From assembly GCA_035402825.1 (NCBI GenBank), contig DAONDZ010000006.1:1-53144 (forward strand): 53,144 nt of DNA. The letters are read 5' to 3'. Source of the DNA: a bacterium. GTDB lineage: Bacteria; Patescibacteriota; Patescibacteriia; Patescibacteriales; UBA12465. Below, in pieces: positions 39,610 through 48,042 of the stretch. Under the pieces are notes generated by a model that was not told where the DNA came from, searched no databases, and saw only the letters and a list, made by a program, of their open reading frames with translations. A program made the translations under genes and the position numbers. Each line of letters opens with the position of its first letter. The stretch's first letter is position 1.

Positions 39610-41985
39610 TTATCTAATTCGCATTTTGTAGAATGATCGCCAAACAAAATAAATGGCGACGGCAAAGAACGCGATGCCCACTAAGGGAGCAATTTGTCGG
39701 AAGTTGGGATCAATTGCTATCTCCATAGCCAGAAGTCCAAACAGGGTAGTGAACTTGATGATGGGGTTAAGGGATACCGAAGAGGTGTCCTTGAAAGGAT
39801 CACCGACTGTATCGCCTACCACCGTAGCATCGTGCAAGGGCGTACCTTTTTCCTTGAGGTCTACCTCTACGACTTTTTTGGCATTATCCCAACCACCGCC
39901 GGCGTTAGCCATGAATACGGCTTGTAATAGGCCAAAAACGGCAATAGAAATCAAGTAACCGACAAAGAGAGCCACCGCTTCGGTTTGATTAGGAGCGGAG
40001 AAAAAAGCTAAGGCCAGAGTAATACAGAAAACGGCAATAAAGATGTTTAACATCCCTTTTTGAGCGTATTTTGTACATATTTTGACCACCTCTTTGGATT
40101 TTTTGATGATTTCTGATTGGTCGGCATCTTCTTCTAACCGGATATTCTTCTTGATGTAGGCTACGGCTTCATAAGCGCCGGCGGAAACCGCTTGAATGCT
40201 GGCGCCGCTGAACCAAAAGATTACTCCGCCGCCCAAAATGAATCCGAATAGGGTATAGGGGTTAAGGATGCTGAGAATAGCTTCCGGTTCCACACCTAGG
40301 GTGTTTTTAATCACCAGAATCAATGAGAAGATCATCGTGGTAGCCCCCACTACCGCGGTACCGATCAAAACCGGTTTAGCGGTAGCCTTGAAGGTGTTGC
40401 CGGCTCCATCATTGCATTCCAACAAGTATTTAGCTCTTTCCAGATTGGGCTGGAAATCGTATTGCCGCTCAATCTTTTTTTCTATCTCCGGAATTTTTTC
40501 AATCTCGGATAATTCAAAAACTGATTGAGCATTATCAGTCACCGGTCCGTAGCTGTCCACGGCAATATTCACCGGGCCCATCCCTAAGAATCCGAAAGCC
40601 ACCAGGCCGAAACCAAAGATGGCCGGATAGATCATCATGTCTCCCAGTCCTTGCTGGCTGAGAAAGAAAGCGATGCTCATCAATCCGACAAAAACTAAGG
40701 AGCTCCAAAAAGCGCTGAAGTTTCCCGCCACTAATCCAGACAGAATATTGAGCGATGGTCCACCTTCGCGAGAAGCTTTGACGATTTCTTGGACATGTCC
40801 CGACTTGGGGCTGGTGAATTTTTTGGTTACTTCCGGAATCAACGCTGCACCCAAAGTGCCACAGCTGATAATCCCGGAAAGATATAACCAAAGATCGTTG
40901 GGGAGATGATGGAGCAGAACCCAGCTGGCTAAAAAGGTAGCGGCGATAGATAGAATTGAGCTTATCCAAATCAATGAAGTCAAAGGTTTCTCAAAGTCTA
41001 AATCTTTCCGATGGCGATAAAGCAAACGACTGTATAGTCCGTTGACGTAGAATGACAGCATAGAAGTCACGATCATCATTATCCTCATAGTAAATATCCA
41101 GGTAATGAGCTCGGCTTGAAATTGCGGAAAAACCGCCAAGACTATGAAAGAAATCAGAGCCACTCCGGTCACGCCGTAGGTTTCGAAACCATCGGCGGTC
41201 GGACCGACGCTATCACCGGCGTTGTCGCCAGTACAATCGGCAATTACTCCCGGGTTGCGCGGGTCATCTTCCTTAATCTTGAAAACAATCTTCATTAGAT
41301 CTGAACCGATATCGGCTATCTTAGTGAAGATACCGCCGGCAATTCTCAAAGCGCTGGCGCCCAATGATTCGCCAATGGCAAAGCCGATAAAACAAGCTCC
41401 GGCATATTGGCTGGGAATAAAGAGCAGAATAATCAGCATTAGAATCAGCTCAATGCAAATGAGCAAGACGCCAATACTCATACCGGCATTCAACGGTATC
41501 CCTAATAGCTTTAACGGCCGATTTTTTAAAGCCTCAAAAGCCATGCGGGAATTCGCCAGGGTGTTAACGCGAATTCCGAACCAAGCCACTGAGTATGATC
41601 CCAATATCCCGATAATGGTCCAGGATAAAATCAGAGCCACGCCAGAGAAGGGATAATTACGCAGATAACCGAAGTAGAAAGCTACGCAGACGCCGATAAA
41701 CAGAAAGAGAACGATTAAAAATTTTCCTTGCTGTAAAAGATACGATTTACAGGTTTCAAAGATAGTTTTTGACACATTCAACATGGCACTGTGCGCCTCC
41801 AGCCGCTTGGTTCGCCGGTAGTAATACCAGCTGAATAAGAGCCCTAGGCCGCAAATTAGCAAGCCCCATTCCAATAGAGATCTTTGCCCGAAACTTAATT
41901 CCGGCATTTTCAAATCAGCTTCGCTCGCCGAAGCCACCAGCGGCAAAGTAATTGCCGCAATCCAGAAAAACACTTTTTTCATCAC
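39610..41985 (-). CDS. hppA: membrane-integral H+-translocating pyrophosphatase, probably K+-independent
   Basis: 791 aa, polytopic. GVIADCTGDNAGDSVGPTADGFETY, DNAKK, VGDTVGDPFKDTSSVSLNPIIKF. The GNTFKATAK motif has Lys at the K+-dependence position. Confidence 0.93.
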   Translation of the reverse strand: MMKKVFFWIAAITLPLVASASEADLKMPELSFGQRSLLEWGLLICGLGLLFSWYYYRRTKRLEAHSAMLNVSKTIFETCKSYLLQQGKFLIVLFLFIGVCVAFYFGYLRNYPFSGVALILSWTIIGILGSYSVAWFGIRVNTLANSRMAFEALKNRPLKLLGIPLNAGMSIGVLLICIELILMLIILLFIPSQYAGACFIGFAIGESLGASALRIAGGIFTKIADIGSDLMKIVFKIKEDDPRNPGVIADCTGDNAGDSVGPTADGFETYGVTGVALISFIVLAVFPQFQAELITWIFTMRIMMIVTSMLSFYVNGLYSRLLYRHRKDLDFEKPLTSLIWISSILSIAATFLASWVLLHHLPNDLWLYLSGIISCGTLGAALIPEVTKKFTSPKSGHVQEIVKASREGGPSLNILSGLVAGNFSAFWSSLVFVGLMSIAFFLSQQGLGDMMIYPAIFGFGLVAFGFLGMGPVNIAVDSYGPVTDNAQSVFELSEIEKIPEIEKKIERQYDFQPNLERAKYLLECNDGAGNTFKATAKPVLIGTAVVGATTMIFSLILVIKNTLGVEPEAILSILNPYTLFGFILGGGVIFWFSGASIQAVSAGAYEAVAYIKKNIRLEEDADQSEIIKKSKEVVKICTKYAQKGMLNIFIAVFCITLALAFFSAPNQTEAVALFVGYLISIAVFGLLQAVFMANAGGGWDNAKKVVEVDLKEKGTPLHDATVVGDTVGDPFKDTSSVSLNPIIKFTTLFGLLAMEIAIDPNFRQIAPLVGIAFFAVAIYFVWRSFYKMRIR

Positions 41986-42030
41986 TTTTTAGATTTGGTT
42001 AAACATTAATTTTTGAAAGAACAGTTTCTA

Positions 42031-42059
42031 ATATTAGGCTTATTTTAGGGGTTTGTCAA
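42031..42059 (-). promoter_or_regulatory. sigma70-type promoter for hppA
   Basis: Minus strand: TTGACA (42059-42054), 17-nt spacer, TAATAT (42036-42031). Confidence 0.55.
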
Positions 42060-42082
42060 ATAGCAACTTGCTTTATTGGGTA

Positions 42083-42091
42083 TGGTATAAT
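42083..42091 (+). promoter_or_regulatory. extended -10 promoter candidate
   Basis: TGGTATAAT, 23 nt before the ATG at 42115. Confidence 0.45.
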
Positions 42092-42114
42092 ACAATAATA
42101 TATGATCATTTTAT

Positions 42115-42513
42115 ATGAAAAAGATACTGGATAAAAAATTTGATTTGTGGCGCTATTTAAGCAATTTTTGGACAGCTATTTTTGTCATGGCCATCCTTTG
42201 GGACTTTATCTGCGACAACGCTATCACTTCAATTTTGGAGATAATGGCCTTTATCTATATCGGCGTTTTAGCTGTTTATGTAGGGCAAAAGGAGTTTTCT
42301 CGCTGGTATAGCAGCCATCACAGCAAGTACCCCGGCGAATGGTTTGTCTTGTGTTGGACTTTTTTGGTGGCTGGGGTATTAGTCTTTGACTTTATTTTAA
42401 ACAAGCCTTATCATCTACCTAACGCTGTAATTTCCGCCTATGTTGCCGTCCTGACTATTTTAGCAGTGACTGAAAAATCAAAATCAATGCACCGGCGCAA
42501 AAAAAGAAATTAA
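42115..42513 (+). CDS. small integral membrane protein
   Basis: 132 aa, 4 hydrophobic helices, basic C-terminal tail HRRKKRN. Confidence 0.55.
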   Translation: MKKILDKKFDLWRYLSNFWTAIFVMAILWDFICDNAITSILEIMAFIYIGVLAVYVGQKEFSRWYSSHHSKYPGEWFVLCWTFLVAGVLVFDFILNKPYHLPNAVISAYVAVLTILAVTEKSKSMHRRKKRN

Positions 42514-42550
42514 TTTTTTAAATAACCGAACATTCACAAAAGCATAAACA

Positions 42551-42805
42551 ATGGAAAGAGTATTAAAGATCAAGCAGTGTTGGCGCTGCGGCAAAGTATT
42601 TGATCTGGAAACCGGAACTTGGGTAGAATTGCCAGAAGAGGATTCTTTGGAAAATTTAAGTCAAAGCTTGTTGCTCAAATTAATGGGCATTGAAATCAAG
42701 CGGACGGAAATTTCCGATAATGATCCTTGTCCGACTTGCCATGCCCAAACCGGCGGATTAAAAAAGAAAGATATTGTTGAACAAAATAAAAAAGAGGAGC
42801 AATGA
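42551..42805 (+). CDS. small zinc-ribbon-like protein
   Basis: 84 aa. CWRC...(about 48 aa)...CPTC Cys pairs and a Lys/Glu-rich tail. Its stop overlaps the next start (ATGA). Confidence 0.5.
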   Translation: MERVLKIKQCWRCGKVFDLETGTWVELPEEDSLENLSQSLLLKLMGIEIKRTEISDNDPCPTCHAQTGGLKKKDIVEQNKKEEQ

Positions 42806-43119
42806 AAGAAACTCAATGGTTTGTAGCTGTAGGCGACGCCGCCAGCAATGAAGCTCTGGCTAAGTATTTAGCCGATTCCGGAAAAGAAATCTTTACCGAA
42901 AACTTACTGGATGAAGATGGGAATGAGCACCAAGCTTATCGCGTCAGTTATCCGACTGTTAATTTGGTTATGGGCAGCCAGGACAAATTCGGTCTCAAGG
43001 TAGTAATTCTCAACCGCTATGGTCAATATGGCAAAGTACGGTGCTGGAAGTTCACCCAGCAGAAAAAGAAAAAACAGGCGCGGGTTACCACCGCCGCCAA
43101 AATGACTAGGTCCCCTTAG
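42802..43119 (+). CDS. hypothetical protein
   Basis: 105 aa. Basic tail QQKKKKQARV. The only gene in the window with a clear GAGGAG Shine-Dalgarno-like motif 5 nt upstream. Confidence 0.5.
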   Translation: MKETQWFVAVGDAASNEALAKYLADSGKEIFTENLLDEDGNEHQAYRVSYPTVNLVMGSQDKFGLKVVILNRYGQYGKVRCWKFTQQKKKKQARVTTAAKMTRSP

Positions 43120-43129
43120 TCATTTTTTT
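43103..43129 (+). terminator. weak hairpin plus T7 tract overlapping the stop codon
   Basis: tgacta / 8-nt loop / tagtca followed by ttttttt. Confidence 0.35.
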
Positions 43130-43136
43130 ATTTTTA

Positions 43137-43145
43137 TGCTAAAAT
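43137..43145 (+). promoter_or_regulatory. extended -10 promoter candidate
   Basis: TGCTAAAAT, 29 nt before the ATG at 43175. Confidence 0.45.
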
Positions 43146-43174
43146 ATAATCAGTTAAAATTAACTTTTAAAACT

Positions 43175-43951
43175 ATGGAACACAATACTTGCGAGTGCGG
43201 CTGTTCGTCTAAGCACGGCGGCCGAATAATTTTTGGCATTATTGCCATTGTGCTTTTGGCGGTAGTTATCCTAGCGGCTATTTTGCGCGACCGCATAGTC
43301 AACCAACCTCAGTATCAGGTTTCGGTGACCGGCCAAGGAAAAATTAGCTATCAACCGGATATCGCCACGGTAGTGATCGGCGTCCAAATTGATAAGGTGG
43401 CTAAAGCCGAAGATGCTTTAAAGCAATTAAATGACCAGATGGCTAAAGTCAGCGCGGCTATTAAGGCTTTAGGAATTAAAGATGAAGATTTAAAGACTCA
43501 GAATTATAGCTTGTTGCCGCAGTATGATTATGTTAACAATGTCAGCGTGCTTTCCGGCTATAACGCTAACGAACAGTTGGTGGTTAAGGTCAAAGACATC
43601 AAAACTGCTCCGACTAATCTTAGCCGTGTAGTGGAAGAGGCTTCCAAGGCTGGGGCTAACCAGATATTAGGCATCAACTATGATTTGTCCAATACCGAAG
43701 AATTAAAACAGCAGGCTCGCTTAATGGCTATCTCCGATGCTAAGGGCAAAGCTACTGTTTTGGCTGATGCGGCCGGTGTAACCCTAGGGGATATAGTCGG
43801 CTGGTGGGAAAATACGGTTCAGACTCCTTATGTCAACAGCAGCTACTCCGTGGACAAAGGTGGTATGGGCGGCGGTGGTGGCACTAGCTATACTCCGGGA
43901 GGAACCCAGGAAATCATTATTGAAATGAACATGAGCTACAAACTGAAATAA
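43175..43951 (+). CDS. membrane-anchored SIMPL (DUF541) domain protein with N-terminal Cys-rich tag
   Basis: MEHNTCECGCSSKHGG then a TM helix. ISYQPDIATVVIGV...QNYSLLPQY... matches the SIMPL pattern. The track start at 43136 overlaps the TGCTAAAAT -10 element, so the ATG at 43175 is preferred. Confidence 0.75.
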   Translation: MEHNTCECGCSSKHGGRIIFGIIAIVLLAVVILAAILRDRIVNQPQYQVSVTGQGKISYQPDIATVVIGVQIDKVAKAEDALKQLNDQMAKVSAAIKALGIKDEDLKTQNYSLLPQYDYVNNVSVLSGYNANEQLVVKVKDIKTAPTNLSRVVEEASKAGANQILGINYDLSNTEELKQQARLMAISDAKGKATVLADAAGVTLGDIVGWWENTVQTPYVNSSYSVDKGGMGGGGGTSYTPGGTQEIIIEMNMSYKLK

Positions 43952-43972
43952 TCAAATAGATTGAAATAAGCT

Positions 43973-44000
43973 AAAAAAGAGGGGATTACCCCTCTTTTTT
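43973..44000. terminator. bidirectional terminator between convergent genes
   Basis: aaaaagagggg / atta / cccctcttttt. Overlaps the stop of the OmpR-family gene. Confidence 0.75.
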
Positions 44001-44676
44001 AGACTTTTAAAGTATCTATTTTGTATCCCCGGCCGGCAATAGTTTGAATAAGATCGTGGCTGCCGGGTAAATTTATTTTTCGTCTTAAATTAACCATATG
44101 TGATTCTATGGTATTAGAAAAGGGATCGGCGTTTACATCCCAAACATGTTCCAGAATCATAGCTCGGGATAAGACGCGGCCCCGGTTCTGTAAAAGATAT
44201 TCTAGAAGCAACATTTCTTTGCGGGTTAAGCGAATATTGCGGCCGGAGCGTCGTACCGTGTGTCTATCCACGTTCACTATTAAATCATCAATTCTAAATA
44301 TTTTTGGCTTGGTAATTTTGGGACGGCGCAAAACTGCTTGAACGCGAGCCAGAAGTTCTTCAAAGATAAAGGGCTTGCTAACATAATCGTCAATCCCCAG
44401 TGCAAAAAGATCTAGTTTGTCATCCAATTCGCTTTTTACGGTTAACATGATAATTGGCAAATCTTTGTTTTCCTTCTTGATTTCTTTAATTACCTGAGCG
44501 CCGTTAATACCCGGCAAAACATAGTCCATGATTACTAGATCATAGTCATTGGTGCGAGCCAGGAAGGAGCCGCGTTCGCCGTCATGAGCTACATCGACGC
44601 TAAAGAATTCCGACTTAAAACTTTCTTTCAAGAATTCGGCTAAATCAACTTCGTCCTCCACAATTAACAGGCGCAT
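43999..44676 (-). CDS. OmpR/PhoB-family DNA-binding response regulator
   Basis: 225 aa. Receiver (LLIVEDE, LVIMDYVLPGING) plus winged-helix Trans_reg_C (LTRKEMLLLEYLLQN...VNLRRKI...IQTIAGRGYK). Confidence 0.92.
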   Translation of the reverse strand: MRLLIVEDEVDLAEFLKESFKSEFFSVDVAHDGERGSFLARTNDYDLVIMDYVLPGINGAQVIKEIKKENKDLPIIMLTVKSELDDKLDLFALGIDDYVSKPFIFEELLARVQAVLRRPKITKPKIFRIDDLIVNVDRHTVRRSGRNIRLTRKEMLLLEYLLQNRGRVLSRAMILEHVWDVNADPFSNTIESHMVNLRRKINLPGSHDLIQTIAGRGYKIDTLKV

Positions 44677-44703
44677 ATTTTTTACTTTAATTATTATGCT
44701 TAT

Positions 44704-44712
44704 ATTTTAGCA
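44704..44712 (-). promoter_or_regulatory. extended -10 promoter candidate for the OmpR-family regulator
   Basis: Minus-strand TGCTAAAAT, 27 nt before the ATG at 44676. Confidence 0.4.
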
Positions 44713-44801
44713 CAATGGAGATAAAATTTTGATAAAGAAAAGTTAAGGGGATAATCAATGTGAATTGTCAAGTTTTTGGCTTAACAAAGCTGGATTAATT
44801 G

Positions 44802-44810
44802 TGCTATAAT
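44802..44810 (+). promoter_or_regulatory. extended -10 promoter, apparently leaderless flippase gene
   Basis: TGCTATAAT, 6 nt before the ATG at 44817. Confidence 0.5.
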
Positions 44811-44816
44811 GCTCTC

Positions 44817-46280
44817 ATGAATAAAGTTGGCAATATCGCTAGAAATACTTCCTATTTGACGATGGCTTTAATTTTGCAAAAAGTCATCTCTTTTTCTTAT
44901 TTCACTATTTTAGCCCGCAATTTAGGCCCGGCTGATTTGGGGAAGTACTATTTTGCCATTTCTTTCACTACCATCTTTGCTATTCTCATTGATTTGGGGT
45001 TTATTAACTTTTTAACCAGGGAAATAGCCAAACGGCAGAAAGAGGCCGGGGTTCTCTTGGGCAATGTCCTGAGCGTCAAAATATTGCTATCCATGATCAC
45101 CGCTGTTTTGGTGGTCGTTTTAATTAATTTTACGCCGCACGATCCGTTGACTAAGGATTTGGTCTATCTGTCCATTGCCTGCATGATTTTGGATTCTTTT
45201 ACCACCACCTTTTTCGCGGTGCTGAGAGGATTTCATAATTTAAAATATGAGAGTCTGACTTCGGTGTTTTTTCAGGTAGTGGTCTTGGTCTTCGGTTTAG
45301 CCGCCATGTATTTCAATTTAGGATTGCGGATGATTATGGCTTCCTTAATTATCGCCAGTCTTTATAATTTTATTTTCTCTTTCTGGGTGATTAACAAAAA
45401 ACTAAAGATTAAATTGCGTTGTTTATATGATTCGCAAATAGTTCACTCTATTTTTCAAATCAGTCTGCCTTTCGCTTGGTTTTCTATATTTCAAAGAGTG
45501 TACACTTATTTAGATTCAGTTTTATTATCTTTGTTTGCCGGTGATTATTATGTTGGCATCTATCAGGTAGCGTTTAAAATTATTTTCGCTTTGCAGTTTT
45601 TGCCCATGGCCTTTACTGCCTCGCTTTATCCGGCCATGAGTACCTATTGGCTCTCCAATCGGCCGCAATTGAAAATCGCTTTTGAAAGAGCCATGAACTA
45701 TTTAATTATCATCTCTGTGCCGATTACCGCCGGCAGTATTATTTTGGCGCCGCAAATTATCACCCTATTTAAATCCGGCTATCAAGACGCCATTTTACCG
45801 CTGCAGATAACCATGGGCGCCTTGTTTTTCATCTTTGTTAATTTTCCCATCGGCTCCTTGCTTAATGCCTGCGATAGGCAGAAGCGCAATACCCGCAATA
45901 TGCTGATAGTCACTATTTTTAGTGTCTTGTTGAACCTAATCCTAATTCCTCTCTGGCAGGCCAAGGGAGCGGCCATTACCGTCTTAATTACCAACTTCTT
46001 GATGTTTGGGTTGGGTATGGTAGTGGTGCCGCAAATTATTAATTACAACGCCAAGAATAACCTCAAAACTCTGGGCCGCTCTATTTTAGCCACTGCTTTC
46101 ATGGCTGCCTTCATTAATTATTATTCCACCTTAAATATTTTTTTGCTTTGTTTATTAGCAATGATTATTTATTTCTTCTTTTCTTTTGCCCTGGGCAGTT
46201 TCAAGAAAGCCGACTTGGCCTATATCCTAAAATCTTTTAAGAAATCGCCACCGCCGATAAATAATGAGAACTTAGAATAA
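44817..46280 (+). CDS. MOP-superfamily polysaccharide flippase (Wzx-like)
   Basis: About 12-14 TM helices. N-terminal NTSYLTMALILQKVISFSYFTILAR is typical of Polysacc_synt proteins. The ATG at 44817 lies 6 nt after an extended -10. The track start is a TTG at 44799. Confidence 0.85.
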   Translation: MNKVGNIARNTSYLTMALILQKVISFSYFTILARNLGPADLGKYYFAISFTTIFAILIDLGFINFLTREIAKRQKEAGVLLGNVLSVKILLSMITAVLVVVLINFTPHDPLTKDLVYLSIACMILDSFTTTFFAVLRGFHNLKYESLTSVFFQVVVLVFGLAAMYFNLGLRMIMASLIIASLYNFIFSFWVINKKLKIKLRCLYDSQIVHSIFQISLPFAWFSIFQRVYTYLDSVLLSLFAGDYYVGIYQVAFKIIFALQFLPMAFTASLYPAMSTYWLSNRPQLKIAFERAMNYLIIISVPITAGSIILAPQIITLFKSGYQDAILPLQITMGALFFIFVNFPIGSLLNACDRQKRNTRNMLIVTIFSVLLNLILIPLWQAKGAAITVLITNFLMFGLGMVVVPQIINYNAKNNLKTLGRSILATAFMAAFINYYSTLNIFLLCLLAMIIYFFFSFALGSFKKADLAYILKSFKKSPPPINNENLE

Positions 46281-46282
46281 TT

Positions 46283-47344
46283 ATGAAAACCACATTATTC
46301 ACTTTAGAGTTTCCGCCCCAGACCGGGGGGGTAGCCAAATACTACGGAGCCTTGGCTCAAAATTGGCAACCGGCCAGTGATTTTTCAGTTATCTTAGCCG
46401 CTAATTTAACCGGTCCCCAAAAATATCGGCAATATATTCGACAACTTCAGCGAGAATATCACAGAGGCACGCGCAATTTCATCGCCGGCCAGATATTGCC
46501 TTTGGGAACAGCGCTCTATTTATATTCTTTAATTAAAAAAATAGACTATTCCGTCATATTGCATGGCTTAGATTTTAGCTTAGCTACCAAAAATCCTTGG
46601 CGGCGCTATTTAAGCCGAAAAATATTGCGGCGAGCCAAACAAATAATTTGCGCTAATTCCTATACCCAAAAACAAGTGCAAGCTTTTCTGCTGGCGAAAG
46701 AATCCCATATTTTTGTGGTGAATCCCGGAGTGTCGGCACCAAAAAATGGGGAAGAGATTGCCTTGGTTGCTAAGAAGTTGAAAGACAAATACCAAATTGC
46801 TAATCAAAGGATTATTTTTTCTCTAGGGAGACTAGTGAAACGCAAGGGGTTTGATAATTTAATAGCGGCTTGGCAAGAAATTAAAACCACCGATTCCGAT
46901 AGCTTGTTGGTCATCGCTGGCAGCGGGCCGGAAGAAGCAGAGCTCAAGAAAATGGCCGGAGATGAGAGGCGAATAATATTCTTGGGCAAGATAGCGGAAA
47001 CAGAGAAATGGGCTTGGCTGGAAATAGCTGACATTTTTGCTTTGCCGGCTCGGGATTTAGCCGGAGACTACGAAGGTTTCGGCATTGTATATTTAGAAGC
47101 GGGGTTAGCGGGAAAGGCGGTATTAGCCGGACGAACTGGTGGAGTGGAGGATGCGGTTATTGATAATCAAACCGGGGTCTTGGTGAACGGGGAAAAGAGG
47201 GAAGAGATTGCCGCTGCTTTGTTAAAATTATTAGCTGACCAGAATTGGCGAGAAAAATTGGGAACAGCCGGAAAACGGCGCGCCGAAATTGATTTTTCAG
47301 AAAAGATCCAGGCGTCTAAGATTCAAAAAATATTAAGTTTATGA
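46283..47344 (+). CDS. GT4-family (group 1) glycosyltransferase
   Basis: 353 aa. C-terminal EGFGIVYLEAGLAGKAVLAGRTGGVEDAV (E-x7-E type motif). Confidence 0.85.
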   Translation: MKTTLFTLEFPPQTGGVAKYYGALAQNWQPASDFSVILAANLTGPQKYRQYIRQLQREYHRGTRNFIAGQILPLGTALYLYSLIKKIDYSVILHGLDFSLATKNPWRRYLSRKILRRAKQIICANSYTQKQVQAFLLAKESHIFVVNPGVSAPKNGEEIALVAKKLKDKYQIANQRIIFSLGRLVKRKGFDNLIAAWQEIKTTDSDSLLVIAGSGPEEAELKKMAGDERRIIFLGKIAETEKWAWLEIADIFALPARDLAGDYEGFGIVYLEAGLAGKAVLAGRTGGVEDAVIDNQTGVLVNGEKREEIAAALLKLLADQNWREKLGTAGKRRAEIDFSEKIQASKIQKILSL

Positions 47345-48042
47345 TTTCTATAATTATTCCGGTCTACAATCAGGCGAAATATATTGCCCAAACCCTGGAT
47401 AGCATAGTGGCGCAAAGCTATCAGGATTTTGAGGTGATTATCGTCAATGACGGTTCGCATGATAATTTGGATAAGGTTTTAGATATTTATTTTGCTAAAT
47501 CTAAAGCGCCGCAAAGATTCTTTATCATCCATCAGAAAAATCAAGGCGCTCCAGCCGCTCGCAATCGTGGCGCTAAAGAAGCCCGCGGCGAATATCTGTT
47601 ATTCTGTGATGCCGATGCGGTGTTTAAACCCCAAGCCTTGGAAATAATGCTTGATACCTTAGCAAATAACCAACAGGCAGCTTATGTCTATTCTTCCTTT
47701 CTGTGGGGCCGAAAGCTTTTTAAATTAGGTCCTTTTGACGCGGAAAAGCTCCGTCAGGGACCCTATATCCACACTATGTCATTATTGCGCCGCCCAGCCT
47801 TCCCAGCGGGCGGCTGGGATGAGAGCATCAAGAAACTACAGGATTGGGATCTCTGGCTCACTATTTTAGAAAATGGGGGGACTGGCTATTGGATAGACCA
47901 AGTATTATTTAAAGTGAAACCGGGCGGAACCATCAGCTCTTGGTTGCCAAAGATGGCTTACAAGTTTTTGCCTTTTTTAACCAATGTCAAAAAATATAAG
48001 ATAGCCGTAAATATTATAAAACAAAAACATCAATTAGTATGA
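47341..48042 (+). CDS. GT2-family glycosyltransferase
   Basis: 233 aa. ISIIIPVYNQAKYI...EVIIVNDGS and FCDADA (DxD). ATGA overlaps on both sides. Confidence 0.88.
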   Translation: MISIIIPVYNQAKYIAQTLDSIVAQSYQDFEVIIVNDGSHDNLDKVLDIYFAKSKAPQRFFIIHQKNQGAPAARNRGAKEARGEYLLFCDADAVFKPQALEIMLDTLANNQQAAYVYSSFLWGRKLFKLGPFDAEKLRQGPYIHTMSLLRRPAFPAGGWDESIKKLQDWDLWLTILENGGTGYWIDQVLFKVKPGGTISSWLPKMAYKFLPFLTNVKKYKIAVNIIKQKHQLV

